From NCBI GenBank assembly GCA_043825735.1, contig JBDRRP010000069.1:1-64000 (forward strand): 64,000 bases of DNA. Direction: 5' to 3'. The translations under genes were made by a program, and so were the position numbers. Source of the DNA: Pseudomonadota bacterium (lineage in GTDB: Bacteria; Desulfobacterota; Desulfobacteria; Desulfobacterales; JBDRRP01). Within the stretch, counting starts at the first letter, position 1; each line of letters begins with the position of its first letter. Shown here one piece after another: positions 22,944 through 33,046 of this stretch. Below the pieces are notes generated by a model, which was not told where the DNA came from, did not search any database, and worked only from the letters and a program-made list of their open reading frames with translations.

Positions 22944-24170
22944 TCATTTGAGCTGACCCTTTTTTTCTTCAAAATCGGCGATTGTGCCCGAAATTGTGCC
23001 CGTAAGTGATTCGAGGTATTTCTCCTGCCGTTTTGCCGCCATTTTCAGGTCTGCGTCATTGACGATGTTGTAGCGGTCAAACACGGACCTGGTCTTGTGG
23101 CCTGAGAGCATCATCGCCACGCGTTCGGGAACCCCTGACCGGATCATGTTTCTGATAGCGGAACGCCGGAAATCGTGAAAAATCGGACCAGGTGCAAACT
23201 TATCCTGCCACTTGTTTACATAAACCGAGTTGACCCTGTACCCGTACCCAAGACCAGCCTCGCGGCATGCCTTGTTCCAGGCTCTTCTGAAATTGCCAAT
23301 CGGCCCATTCATGCTCTTGTTGGGGAAAACATGTGGCGTGAGCTTATTGCGCTTCCGCTGTTCCCATTGGTTCTGAAGTAGCGCCATCAACTCGTCGTCC
23401 AGATAGATGGTGCGGGCATCGTCGTTCTTGGTCTCGCCGACTTTCAGGGTCACGATACCGTTGGCCAAATCCACGTTCTTGCCCCAGGTCAGTTGAGCGA
23501 TTTCCTGATCCCGCCATCCCGTCCTGTAACCGAAGGTCACAAACGGCTTGAGGTATTCCGGAATGGCGCCCAGCAGAGCCTGGAACTGCTCGTGCTCAAA
23601 GAACCCCTTGCGGATGTTGTTTTCCTTGAGCATGGGGATGTAAGGGACCCGGTTGACCTTGGGTGGTGTCTGCTTTGCCCCGAGATTCAGGATTCGGCGT
23701 AGGGCTGCCAGTTCGCGGTTGATCGTGGCGTTGGCCGCCCCCGGGTTGACGGGCTGCTTGCCACAATAGGGGCAGTGGCTCTCACCATTGTAATGGAACT
23801 TTTTGCCGCAGGGCTTGCAGCTCCATTTCATCCGTTCGGCGACATACTGCTGAACCCGAGGGGTGGTGATTCCGGGGACCTTGACCCCTTCGAATTCCTC
23901 CATGAGATGCTTTACACTCAGCTCCGCACGGTCCAGAGATTTATTGCCGTTGATCCGGTAGTCCGTGATGAATTCCTTGGCCAGCTCATCAAAGACCACT
24001 TTATCAAATACGATGCTCGGCACCTTGCCTTGTGCGATTTCACCTTCCTTCCTGTCCAGGAGCTTTTTTGCCACCATTTTTTTGGTGCTGCCTGAGCTCT
24101 CGCGGTAGGACTTGCCGTTGCGGTAATACTTGATCCAGTAAACTTCTCCACGTTTGTAAATACTTCCCAT
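22944..24170 (-). CDS. Tyrosine recombinase/integrase
   Basis: GSIYKRG arm domain, ATINRELAAL, TGWR, HDFRR, LSGHKT, RY; GGAGG RBS before ATG 24170. Confidence 0.95.
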   Translation of the reverse strand: MGSIYKRGEVYWIKYYRNGKSYRESSGSTKKMVAKKLLDRKEGEIAQGKVPSIVFDKVVFDELAKEFITDYRINGNKSLDRAELSVKHLMEEFEGVKVPGITTPRVQQYVAERMKWSCKPCGKKFHYNGESHCPYCGKQPVNPGAANATINRELAALRRILNLGAKQTPPKVNRVPYIPMLKENNIRKGFFEHEQFQALLGAIPEYLKPFVTFGYRTGWRDQEIAQLTWGKNVDLANGIVTLKVGETKNDDARTIYLDDELMALLQNQWEQRKRNKLTPHVFPNKSMNGPIGNFRRAWNKACREAGLGYGYRVNSVYVNKWQDKFAPGPIFHDFRRSAIRNMIRSGVPERVAMMLSGHKTRSVFDRYNIVNDADLKMAAKRQEKYLESLTGTISGTIADFEEKKGQLK

Positions 24171-24270
24171 GATACACCTCCATCCTGCCTTGACGGGCAC
24201 CAGATGGAATATCCGATCTGTACCCAATGTTTTTGCCGAAGTCCAGAGTCACCGGTTGACACTGCTTAAT

Positions 24271-24305
24271 AAAAAAGCCCCCACCACTGTTGAATGGCGG
24301 GGGCT
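24271..24305 (-). terminator. Intrinsic terminator upstream of integrase
   Basis: AGCCCCC...GGGGGCT plus T tract on the minus strand. Confidence 0.65.
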
Positions 24306-24327
24306 ATCATGTAGTGGCAGGGGCGGG

Positions 24328-24591
24328 CTATTCCTGACTGCCGCCGCCGAAATACTCCTCAACCAATTTCAATTTCCTTCGGACTATCCTGTAACCGGTT
24401 ACCCGGCCGACAACCTTGCCATCGCTAACGATATCCACGGGTCCTTGGTCGATTTTTTCCATGATGGCCTCTCCCGTGCCCAAACCTTCGAACACTCGTT
24501 CCGCTGGGATTTCAAGGTTGCATGGAACCAGCCTGTCTTCACTTTTCATGAAGCAGAACGCCCGAGCCGTTTGAGTTTTTATGTTTTCCAT
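24328..24591 (-). CDS. Hypothetical protein
   Basis: 87 aa ORF with GAGGA RBS, in the backbone orientation. Confidence 0.6.
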   Translation of the reverse strand: MENIKTQTARAFCFMKSEDRLVPCNLEIPAERVFEGLGTGEAIMEKIDQGPVDIVSDGKVVGRVTGYRIVRRKLKLVEEYFGGGSQE

Positions 24592-24664
24592 TTTGTATCC
24601 TCATTTCTTTGGTATCGGTTTTTGGCACTGCTCCCGGCATGAATCGAGAGCAGCTAGGTTACTG

Positions 24665-24901
24665 TCAGGATGCCATCTTCAGAACACAGCAGTCACATTT
24701 CCAAAGACGGGCTTGAAAATAGGCTATCGTTCCATCGATATCGATTCCCTTCATGTTCGCCAGGATTCTCCTGGAAATTTCCAGGTCCTCATTGCAGTTG
24801 ATTTCAGATGGCGAATGTGCGTGGGCATTCACGATGAAAGACAGCTTGTCCATGAATTCCGGCCATGCCGGGTGATCGGGTGTTAAGGTCTGCTTTTCCA
24901 T
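24665..24901 (-). CDS. Hypothetical protein (C-terminal CDC motif)
   Basis: AAGGA RBS; 78 aa. Confidence 0.6.
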   Translation of the reverse strand: MEKQTLTPDHPAWPEFMDKLSFIVNAHAHSPSEINCNEDLEISRRILANMKGIDIDGTIAYFQARLWKCDCCVLKMAS

Positions 24902-24950
24902 TTTGATTTCCTTTCTATCGCCGGGCGGCGATTGGCTATTTTGGTTTGTT

Positions 24951-25187
24951 TCAGTCTAATTCGGCCTCAACAACACTGAGGAGTTTCTCAATCTCGCGAA
25001 TCAATTCATTCCCGATTGCCGACACCTCGAAAAGTTCGCCAGAGATATCGATCTTTGTGCAATCCTTCGCCGTGATGACCTCAAGAAGAGCTGCGCTGAG
25101 ATTGACTTGGGAACTTAGCAGGGCAGTGGCCCATTCCCTGACAGCCTCCATTCGTTTCTGGATTTTCTTTGCTTTCTTGGTATTCAT
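24951..25187 (-). CDS. Hypothetical helical protein
   Basis: AAGGAG RBS; 78 aa. Confidence 0.6.
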   Translation of the reverse strand: MNTKKAKKIQKRMEAVREWATALLSSQVNLSAALLEVITAKDCTKIDISGELFEVSAIGNELIREIEKLLSVVEAELD

Positions 25188-25213
25188 TTCTTTTCTCCTT
25201 TACGTTTTAGAGT

Positions 25214-25420
25214 TCAGTTGCTGGATTTGTGTTTCTGGATAAACTTCTCGACATCCTCCCGGTCGACGAGCATTTTCCGGCCGACCTGGACGAAGGGTAG
25301 CTGGCCGTCCCAAATCTGGGTCCGCCAGTACCACTCGGTGGCCCCGATTTCGGCGACCAGGTCTTTGATTGAGAAGAGCCGCTTTGCGGGCACATTCTGG
25401 GCACAGCCGCTGCTAACCAT
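25214..25420 (-). CDS. Excisionase-like HTH protein
   Basis: LFSIKDL...WDGQLPFVQVGRKMLVDREDVEKFI; AGGAGG RBS. Confidence 0.8.
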   Translation of the reverse strand: MVSSGCAQNVPAKRLFSIKDLVAEIGATEWYWRTQIWDGQLPFVQVGRKMLVDREDVEKFIQKHKSSN

Positions 25421-25528
25421 CTTATTTACCTCCTGATATTCCGGGCCATGGGATTGACAATCCAATGGTCGTTTGTTGTTGGAAGTGATGCAGGGCCAGC
25501 CGAAGCCGGCCCCGCACCGTGTTTCCGG

Positions 25529-27139
25529 TTAGGCGGCTTCGGCCTCTTCCGGCATTTCAGCTTCTTCGCCGAACATGCGGTCGAAGGCTGCGGCTGTTTC
25601 CGAAGGGACTTCAACTTCAGTCTCTTCGAGGGCAGCAGCCTGCTCGGCGTATTCGGTCATCAGTTTCGCCGGGGCCGCTGTTTCCTCGATCCCCAGCGTT
25701 TTCATGATGACTTCCTTGTATTGCGGCAGGCGCTCGTAACCGACACCTTCCCGGTTGAGTTCGCGGGCCACCTTGACGGTGGTGCCGCTGCCCAGGAATG
25801 GATCGAGGACGGTGTCACCCTCGTAGGAGAACATCCGAACCAGGCGATTGACCAATTCGTCGGGGAAGATGGCCGGGTGGCCTTCCATTTTCCGGATGCG
25901 GTTGATCATCCAGATGCCAGATGCCCACTGGTCCCACTCCTTCTTGGTAATCCTGGAATTGAGGGTCGCTTCCTCAGAAGGCGCAGTCCGCTCACCTTTC
26001 TTGCGAAAGATGTAGACGGGGTCGTGGCTGATGTGGATGCGATAGCCCGTGTGGGGGATGTTCTCGGACCATGCCTTGGAAACGTCTCGGCTTTGGGCCG
26101 CTGTCGTTTTTACCCAGGCGATTTCGTCCGTGAGATAAACCTGATGCGGTCGCAGGAAGGTCTGGTACTTGTGACCAACCAGTTGGATCTGGGTGAACTT
26201 GTTGGTGCCCTTCGAGCCCTTGAAGTTGTGGATGTCACCCACGTTGAGGGCCATGATACCGCCGGGCACCAGCACTCTGGCCGCCTCGCCCATGACGGCC
26301 TTCATGTTTTCCCAGTGCTCGTCGTAGGAGATGCCCTTTTCGAACGCCATGCCGACGCAGTAGGGCGGGCTGGTGACGATCAGGTGGACCGACTCGTCGG
26401 GCAGTTCACTCATATCCTTGGCGTCCTTGAAATAAACACCGGGGATATCTCCGGCGGGGATCGCGATTCTTTCGCGCGGAGCCTGTTTCCCCTTTTTCAG
26501 GAGCCTGTCCACTTTGATGCCGGTGCGCTTGGCCGACCACTCGAAGTCGAGGACCTGCTTGGCCATCTTTTCCTGCACCTTGGCGTTTCCGAGCTTGCAG
26601 AGCTCAACCCCGTGAGCGACGGTGAGCGCGCCTTGGGCAATTCTCTCCTGGACCGAATCGGGCAGTTTCAGAAGCCGGGTCTTGTGCGAGATCGTCGGCG
26701 CCAGCCCGTAGCCCAAAGCCTCCATTTCACGCAGGCTGTATCCGTACTTCTCCTGCATGTCGCGGATGTGGAGGGCCTGTTCGATGGGGTTGAGGCTTTT
26801 GCGCTCCATGTTCTTTTCGAAGGAGGTGTGGGCAATCTGCGCCAGGCTCATGGAGTCAAGGATGATGCAGGGCGCGGCCTTCCAGCCGAATTCGGCCAGA
26901 ACGGTCAGCCGGCGGGAACCGTCGATGACCATGTAGTGGTCTTCTCCCTCGACCTTGCAGACGAGCAGGGGCTCGATGAGGCCGTTTCGCCGGATGCTCA
27001 GCTGTAAGGATTCAGGGTCGCCAAGGTCTCGACGCGGGTGGCTGAGAGGGACCGCCAGTTTGTCGATGGGCAGTTCGGTGATTTGATGGTTGATGATCTG
27101 GGCCTTTGCCGGTGTTTTTTCAGTTGCTAAAGTTTTCAT
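25529..27139 (-). CDS. ParB N-terminal domain fused to beta-class amino (N4-C/N6-A) DNA methyltransferase
   Basis: LSIRRNGLIEPLLV...IDGSRR...ERKSLNPIEQA; IVTSPPY; HPAIFP; LDPFLGSGTT. Confidence 0.9.
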   Translation of the reverse strand: MKTLATEKTPAKAQIINHQITELPIDKLAVPLSHPRRDLGDPESLQLSIRRNGLIEPLLVCKVEGEDHYMVIDGSRRLTVLAEFGWKAAPCIILDSMSLAQIAHTSFEKNMERKSLNPIEQALHIRDMQEKYGYSLREMEALGYGLAPTISHKTRLLKLPDSVQERIAQGALTVAHGVELCKLGNAKVQEKMAKQVLDFEWSAKRTGIKVDRLLKKGKQAPRERIAIPAGDIPGVYFKDAKDMSELPDESVHLIVTSPPYCVGMAFEKGISYDEHWENMKAVMGEAARVLVPGGIMALNVGDIHNFKGSKGTNKFTQIQLVGHKYQTFLRPHQVYLTDEIAWVKTTAAQSRDVSKAWSENIPHTGYRIHISHDPVYIFRKKGERTAPSEEATLNSRITKKEWDQWASGIWMINRIRKMEGHPAIFPDELVNRLVRMFSYEGDTVLDPFLGSGTTVKVARELNREGVGYERLPQYKEVIMKTLGIEETAAPAKLMTEYAEQAAALEETEVEVPSETAAAFDRMFGEEAEMPEEAEAA

Positions 27140-27369
27140 TGTGGTGTTCCTTTCTGGATGGTTGGTTTCTTTAGCCGCCGGCCTCCTGGTGGTTTCACCT
27201 CCTTTCCGGGCAGTGATTGCGGCGTTTGATTCCGTTGGCGAAATGGGTTTTGGCGAAGTGACATTTTTTTTGAAAATGTTTGGATGTTTTTGGCACTCAT
27301 CCAAATTTCTATGAAAATTAAGATAGTTATGGTAAGTGGCCGATTTGGCGGGAATCAGTTTGAGGCAAC

Positions 27370-30300
27370 ATGCATCTGCGGAGTTATGAAATGCAGGGAT
27401 ACCCCTTGAGGAATGCTTGGCTCACCTTTGTGCTCTTTGTGGCCACGAGTTTGGCAGTCTGCCCCTACTTGTTTGCGCGAGATCTTGATGACGCATCGGG
27501 ACTGCAGAAGCAGATCGAAGAGCTGAAGGCGAGCGGATACTACGGCAAAGCCATTCCCATCATGACCGAATTGCTGGCTATAAATAGGAAGGGGAAGGGG
27601 GGACAGAGTAAGGAAGTGGCGTGGAGCCTTGATACCCTTGGTGAGCTGAATTACCTGGCCGGCAAATATGCTGAGGCAGAGCCCCTGCTTCAGGAGTCAT
27701 TGTCCATAAGGAAACGTATTCAAGGCCCGGATCACATAGAGACGGCGCAAACTCATGACCACTTGGGTGCTTTATACACGCTCATGGGGCGATACGATGA
27801 CGCGGCCGTTCATCTGAACGAGGCCATCAGAATCAGAAAGGCTGCTAAAGGGGAAAATAGCGCTGATTTCGCCGAAACCCTGGTAAACCAGGCGCGGCTA
27901 TACATATCCATGGATGACCGAAAGAAGGCAGCATCCCTCCTGGACAGGGCGCTGGCCATTCAGGAAAAGGTCCTGGGACCGGCGCATCCTGACCTCGTGA
28001 AGACCCTCAACACCTACGCGTGGCTGCATATTGACACCGACGACTTCGAAGCAGCCGATTCTTACGCAAGTAGGGCTCTTAAAATCGGTGAAGCCGCCTA
28101 TGGCGGGGAGCATCCCGGTATCGCCGACAGTTTGAACTATCTCGGCAGGCTCTATTATTCACGGGGAGTTTATCAGGATTCAATCGAGGCAACTAAAAGA
28201 GCACTTGCCATCAGGGAAAAGTTTCTGGGGCCGGAGCATCCCGATGTCGGAGTGAGTTACAACAACCTGGCATTGCCGTATTGCGGACTGGAGCAATACG
28301 AAACTGCCAAAGGATTGTTCATCAAATCGCTTACGATAAGGGAACGAGTCCTCGGTCCAGAAAATCCAGCATTGCTGGTGATTATCAAAAACACGGGATG
28401 GGTCCACGGCGTGCTCGGCGATTATGCCGGGGCTGTAAGGTACGCCAAGCGGGCACTTGCAATTACCGAGAAAACTTATGGACCCGATCACATCGAGGTG
28501 GCCGATTGCCAAAAGGATCTGGCTGAACTCTACAATTCAATGGGCGACCGCGAACATGCGGAGCCACTTCTCAAAAGCGCATTAAAGACTTACGAGAAGG
28601 CCCTGGGGCCTGACCATACCCGGGTCGCATTGGCGCTTTCCAACCTCGCCATTTTTTATCACTCCACCGGTGACCTCGCCAAGGCCAAGCCCTTCTACGA
28701 AAGATCTATCGAGATTTGTGAAAAGAATTTCGATAAGGCCCCTGCGAATCTGGCAAACAACCTCATCAGCCTGGGAGCGCTCCACGCTGACATGGGGAAC
28801 TACGACCAAGCGGAGCCATTGTATCAGCGGGCGCTGGGGATTTTAGAGTCCTCAATGGGGCCGGAGCACTCGTCGGTAGCATATGTCCTAAACAACATGG
28901 GTTGGCTTTATGGCCAATTGGGAGATTATGAGAAGGCCGAGCCGCTGTATGCCAGAGCATTGGCCATTTGGGAAAAGGTGCTCGGACCCGAGAATCCGAA
29001 TGTGGCTACGGCTCTGGACAACCTGGCGATGCTCCATGAATCCGTCGGTGAATATAAGAAGGCCGAGCCGCTATACCTGCGTGCTTTGAAAATCCGGGAA
29101 AACGCATTTGGACCGGCGCATCCCAGTGTATTAAAAACACAGAACAATCTGGCAACGCTTTACGGTTACCTCGGAGACTACGAAAAAGCCGAGCAGATGT
29201 TTACGCAAATTCTCCATGCCAAGGAAAACACCATCGGAACGCAATCGGCTTCCTATGCCAACACCCTGAGCAACCTGGCGACTTTCTATGAGAAGAAAGG
29301 GGAGCCCACGCGGGCCGAACCGCTTTTCACAAGGGCGGTTGAAATCTGGAAGAATAGTCTCGGCACCGGTCACCCGACGGTTGCGACCGGGCTGGTGCAC
29401 TTGGCCGGGGTTTATGCCCAAATGGAGAAAGAGGATCTGGCATACGCAGCCCTTAGTTCTGCCTTGGATATCGAGGATGCGGCCACCGATCAGGTGATGG
29501 GATTTACTTCGGAGGAACAGAAGCTCAAATTTGCCGCCGCAAACAATTACAGCCTCAGCTTGTTTCTGAATCTCGTCACCTGGTCATTCAAACAGGACCC
29601 CGTGAAAATCAAACAGGCCCTGGATGTCTGGCTCAAAAGGAAGGGCGCTATATTGGAGGCCCAAAAGAATTACCAGGAAGCTCTTTCCAAGGGCGGCAAT
29701 CAAGAATCCGCCGAACTTTTCCAAGAATTGAGAGCTGTGCGGGGCAGGTTGTCGAAACTGTCGTTCTCCCAGCCTGAAATCGGCGATGAGGAAGGCTACA
29801 AGCGGAAAATCGCCGAGCTGGTCGAGGAAAAGAATCGGCTGGAAGCCCGTCTAAGCCGTATCAGTAAGCCCTTTGCGTTGGAGCGAGAGGTTGCCAAGGC
29901 GGACTCCCATAAGGTCGCCGGCCGGCTTCCGTTGGGTTCAGCGCTCGTTGAGTTCGCCAGAATCGAATCCACCGACGCCGTTTTCGTGAGCAAGGGGAAA
30001 CCAGTCCCGGCTCACCGATACATTGCATTCATCCTTCCTGCAGGTAGTGGGAAACAGATCGGCTTTGCCGACATAGGTGACGCTGATGTGATTGATGGTG
30101 CAATTGCCAATTTCAGGATGGAGATTTCGGAGGATAGTGCTGACGGTGGGGGCATTAGTGCGGAAGAAACCAGGAAGCTGCACGAGATGGTGTTCGCCCC
30201 GCTTTTGAAAGCGCTCGGGCCTGTAAAAGAGGTCTTCATCTCTCCTGATGGCAATTTGAGTCTGATACCCTTCGAGGTGCTCCAGGGAAAGGATGGCAGA

Positions 30301-31224
30301 TATCTGATAGAGGATTACACCTTCAATTACATATCCGCCGGCCGGGACATTGTCGGATTCCAAGATGGTCAGGATAACAGCGGCAGATACCTTCTTGTCG
30401 GAGCACCCGATTTTGAATCGTCGCCGGGTGAAAATAGTGGGACGGTCAGTGATATGACGCCACATAGGCAGACAGGGACAAAGATAGCCAAGCGTTCCGT
30501 CAATCTGAGCGATGTGAGTTTTGCGCCGCTGATTCACACTAAGGAGGAGCTGAACGCGATAGGCGAAATCGTGGGGCGCAGCCACGCCGATATCTACACC
30601 GGCAAGGATGCTTTGGAGGAGGTGCTGACCAACAATCCCAGCCCTGAATTGTTGCACCTGGCCACCCACGGCTTTTTCCTGTCGGACGGGGATGAGGGCG
30701 GCGGGGCCGGTAGGGGATGGCAGTCCACTGATTTATCAAAGGGGGATGGGCAGTCGTCAGCAGGCATACAGCGGGAATTGACCATCGAAAACCCGCTGCT
30801 GCGTTCGGGCATTTTTTTGGCTGGAGCCAAGCGGTCCCTGACGACCGGGTATGCTGGAACAAACGACGGCATTGTTACCGCAGAAAAGATCCTGGGCCTG
30901 AACCTGCAAGGGACAAGGATGGTCGTGCTGTCAGCGTGTGATACTGGACTGGGAGAAGTGAAAAGCGGGGAGGGCGTTTTTGGTTTGCGCCGGGCTTTCA
31001 CCCAGGCCGGGGCAAAGAGCCTGGTGATGAGCCTCTGGAAGGTGCCTGACCTGGAAACCAAGGAACTGATGGTGCAGTTTTACCGCAACATCAAAACTGG
31101 CACCATGAACCGGTGTCAGGCACTGCGGCAGGCTGCTTTGAAACAGAAGGAAATCGTCCGGGAGCGGTACGGCCACACGAACCCGCGTTACTGGGGCGCG
31201 TTTGTTTTCATGGGCCAGCCCTGA
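27370..31224 (+). CDS. Exported TPR-repeat CHAT (caspase HetF-like) protease
   Basis: N-terminal hydrophobic segment; many 42-aa GPxHPxxAxxLNNLA repeats; ISPDG, LHLATHG, VVLSACDTG, YWGAF. Confidence 0.93.
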   Translation: MHLRSYEMQGYPLRNAWLTFVLFVATSLAVCPYLFARDLDDASGLQKQIEELKASGYYGKAIPIMTELLAINRKGKGGQSKEVAWSLDTLGELNYLAGKYAEAEPLLQESLSIRKRIQGPDHIETAQTHDHLGALYTLMGRYDDAAVHLNEAIRIRKAAKGENSADFAETLVNQARLYISMDDRKKAASLLDRALAIQEKVLGPAHPDLVKTLNTYAWLHIDTDDFEAADSYASRALKIGEAAYGGEHPGIADSLNYLGRLYYSRGVYQDSIEATKRALAIREKFLGPEHPDVGVSYNNLALPYCGLEQYETAKGLFIKSLTIRERVLGPENPALLVIIKNTGWVHGVLGDYAGAVRYAKRALAITEKTYGPDHIEVADCQKDLAELYNSMGDREHAEPLLKSALKTYEKALGPDHTRVALALSNLAIFYHSTGDLAKAKPFYERSIEICEKNFDKAPANLANNLISLGALHADMGNYDQAEPLYQRALGILESSMGPEHSSVAYVLNNMGWLYGQLGDYEKAEPLYARALAIWEKVLGPENPNVATALDNLAMLHESVGEYKKAEPLYLRALKIRENAFGPAHPSVLKTQNNLATLYGYLGDYEKAEQMFTQILHAKENTIGTQSASYANTLSNLATFYEKKGEPTRAEPLFTRAVEIWKNSLGTGHPTVATGLVHLAGVYAQMEKEDLAYAALSSALDIEDAATDQVMGFTSEEQKLKFAAANNYSLSLFLNLVTWSFKQDPVKIKQALDVWLKRKGAILEAQKNYQEALSKGGNQESAELFQELRAVRGRLSKLSFSQPEIGDEEGYKRKIAELVEEKNRLEARLSRISKPFALEREVAKADSHKVAGRLPLGSALVEFARIESTDAVFVSKGKPVPAHRYIAFILPAGSGKQIGFADIGDADVIDGAIANFRMEISEDSADGGGISAEETRKLHEMVFAPLLKALGPVKEVFISPDGNLSLIPFEVLQGKDGRYLIEDYTFNYISAGRDIVGFQDGQDNSGRYLLVGAPDFESSPGENSGTVSDMTPHRQTGTKIAKRSVNLSDVSFAPLIHTKEELNAIGEIVGRSHADIYTGKDALEEVLTNNPSPELLHLATHGFFLSDGDEGGGAGRGWQSTDLSKGDGQSSAGIQRELTIENPLLRSGIFLAGAKRSLTTGYAGTNDGIVTAEKILGLNLQGTRMVVLSACDTGLGEVKSGEGVFGLRRAFTQAGAKSLVMSLWKVPDLETKELMVQFYRNIKTGTMNRCQALRQAALKQKEIVRERYGHTNPRYWGAFVFMGQP

Positions 31225-31247
31225 TGCGGTCTCATGAAGTCTGCGGG

Positions 31248-32099
31248 CTACCTGTGTTCAAAACTGAACGATTTGACGGTGGTTTTCGGAAACACTTTCT
31301 CGATGTTTCCAATTCCCATCTTTTTTAACTCGTCGACCCTCTGGGCGAAATCCGCAATTTTGTCTTTGGAAGCCACCAGGAAAAGCTTTTCAGTGCCGGT
31401 GTGGGTATCGAGCTGGAACCAGTTATCTCCATCAGGAATTGAAAGCATCTGCCCGCCGGCGATCCGCCCCTTTTCCATGGCATCTATCTTACCGGCGCTA
31501 TCCTGAAAGACCAGGTAAACAAAGGCGTCCTTATCGATCTGGGTCTGCAAGCGGAAATAATCCCCCGATTGCATCTTGCCGCCGGGCTCGACCTTAAAAT
31601 CACGGTACTCCGGTTTGCCGCCCCTGAATCCGGTCTGGGTTCTGCCCTGCAGCAAGATCTCGATGGAATAGGGCTTGCCCGGGCTGACGCCGTCTTTGTC
31701 CCACATCACGAAGATGCCAACGCACATCACCAGTACTGCAAACGCCGCCACCGGCTTGAGTCCAAACCCGGGGCCGAAAAAGCCGGAAACAGCATTACCG
31801 ATCCTGTCCCAAAGTGAATGGGCTTTGCCTTTATCAATGGCTTTCTGAAGGCCGGCGACCACCTCCACCGGTTGACCCTTCAGACTTTCTGCCTCCTCTT
31901 CGGCCACGCGGATATCCATCACGAGGTCCAGGCAATGCCGGCATTCGTGGATATGCTCTTTGACCTTTTCAGCCTCCTCCGGAGCAAGCTCGCCGAAAGC
32001 ATAAGCCGTGGCCTGATCCGTCATCGGGCACTCGCCGCCGGATTTATCGTTTTCCTTCATAAACGCCTTTTTCAGGCTATCCATCAGTTCATCGGCCAT
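31248..32099 (-). CDS. Anti-sigma factor (zf-HC2) + TM + DUF4384
   Basis: HIHECRHC; TM helix; SGDYFRL...AFVYL...IPDGDNWFQLD..TGTEKLFLVAS. Confidence 0.82.
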   Translation of the reverse strand: MADELMDSLKKAFMKENDKSGGECPMTDQATAYAFGELAPEEAEKVKEHIHECRHCLDLVMDIRVAEEEAESLKGQPVEVVAGLQKAIDKGKAHSLWDRIGNAVSGFFGPGFGLKPVAAFAVLVMCVGIFVMWDKDGVSPGKPYSIEILLQGRTQTGFRGGKPEYRDFKVEPGGKMQSGDYFRLQTQIDKDAFVYLVFQDSAGKIDAMEKGRIAGGQMLSIPDGDNWFQLDTHTGTEKLFLVASKDKIADFAQRVDELKKMGIGNIEKVFPKTTVKSFSFEHR

Positions 32100-32122
32100 C
32101 GTCGTCTCTTTATCCCGGCATA

Positions 32123-32806
32123 CTAATTGAGAATGTCGGTGTAAACCAAGTTGTTTTTCCGCATGACCTTTTCAAGACACCCCCTAAATTTGGCAAGGGA
32201 ACCGGTGCCTTCCCGGGTAAACTGTTTCTTGAGCGCGCCGACCTTCTTGTCCAATTCCTTTTGGTCGGCTCCCTGACCGCCCACCATCCGTTCAGCCATC
32301 TGGTTGTAGGCGAGCCCCTCCAGGTGCATTTTCACAAGGTAGGCGTCACTGGGCGCGGACTCAGACAGCATCAGGAGCGATTCGTGGATGAGCCGGATCT
32401 TTTCTTTTTGCATCAGCCCCTGTTCGGGGGATTCATCACCAGAGACGAAACCATCAATCTCATGGTCCTTGTCACTGACATTCTTGCTGTAAGCGCCCTG
32501 GCGGTTGCCGCGCCGGACATTATCAAGAATCCGGAAATTGAGGACCTTGAAGAGGTAGGTTTTCAGCGTGGCGAGACCCTGAAAGTCGCATATCGCCTTG
32601 GCATTCAGGAGCTCGACCCAGAAATCATTCAGGATGGAAAGGGCTCTGTCTTTGTCAAAAGAGGGGATTCGCTTGGTCGTGAATGCCAGAAAAAAAGGAT
32701 GGTACTTGTTGTAGATGCCAAGGATGGCTTCGTTGTTGCCTATGCGAAGCTCCTCACACACTTCCCGGGCCAGCATGAAATCCGCTTGGTATTCAGATGA
32801 GACCAT
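32123..32806 (-). CDS. ECF-type RNA polymerase sigma factor (divergent)
   Basis: FQGLATLKTYLFKV..FRILD region 2; region 4-like LEGLAYNQMA; directly upstream of the anti-sigma gene. Confidence 0.8.
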   Translation of the reverse strand: MVSSEYQADFMLAREVCEELRIGNNEAILGIYNKYHPFFLAFTTKRIPSFDKDRALSILNDFWVELLNAKAICDFQGLATLKTYLFKVLNFRILDNVRRGNRQGAYSKNVSDKDHEIDGFVSGDESPEQGLMQKEKIRLIHESLLMLSESAPSDAYLVKMHLEGLAYNQMAERMVGGQGADQKELDKKVGALKKQFTREGTGSLAKFRGCLEKVMRKNNLVYTDILN

Positions 32807-32869
32807 ATCGAGTGTTAATTCAAATTAACGACATTTCCGTTTGAGAGGGTAGACCCCGCGCCCTCAGTC

Positions 32870-33046
32870 TCACCGCCCCTGCTGACCCCGCAGAAACACA
32901 TCCAGGGCCTCTATGACCACACCGGTTATATCGGTGCCATTTTCACGAGCATAAATCTCAATCCGTTCAGCCAAAGGGCAGGGGATTTTGATGGAAAGCT
33001 CCTGGGTCGGGTCGGTACACCCGGCAATAGTGGGTTTCTTGGGCAT
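32870..33046 (-). CDS. Small ribbon-helix-helix-like protein (58 aa, absent from ORF track)
   Basis: Hand translation MPKKPTIAGCTDPTQELSIKIPCPLAERIEIYARENGTDITGVVIEALDVFLRGQQGR; TAAGGA RBS. Confidence 0.65.
   Translation of the reverse strand: MPKKPTIAGCTDPTQELSIKIPCPLAERIEIYARENGTDITGVVIEALDVFLRGQQGR

Noticed and set aside
27370..32806. Type III-E CRISPR (Craspase) locus
   Set aside because: No Cas7-11, other cas genes or repeat-spacer array in the window.
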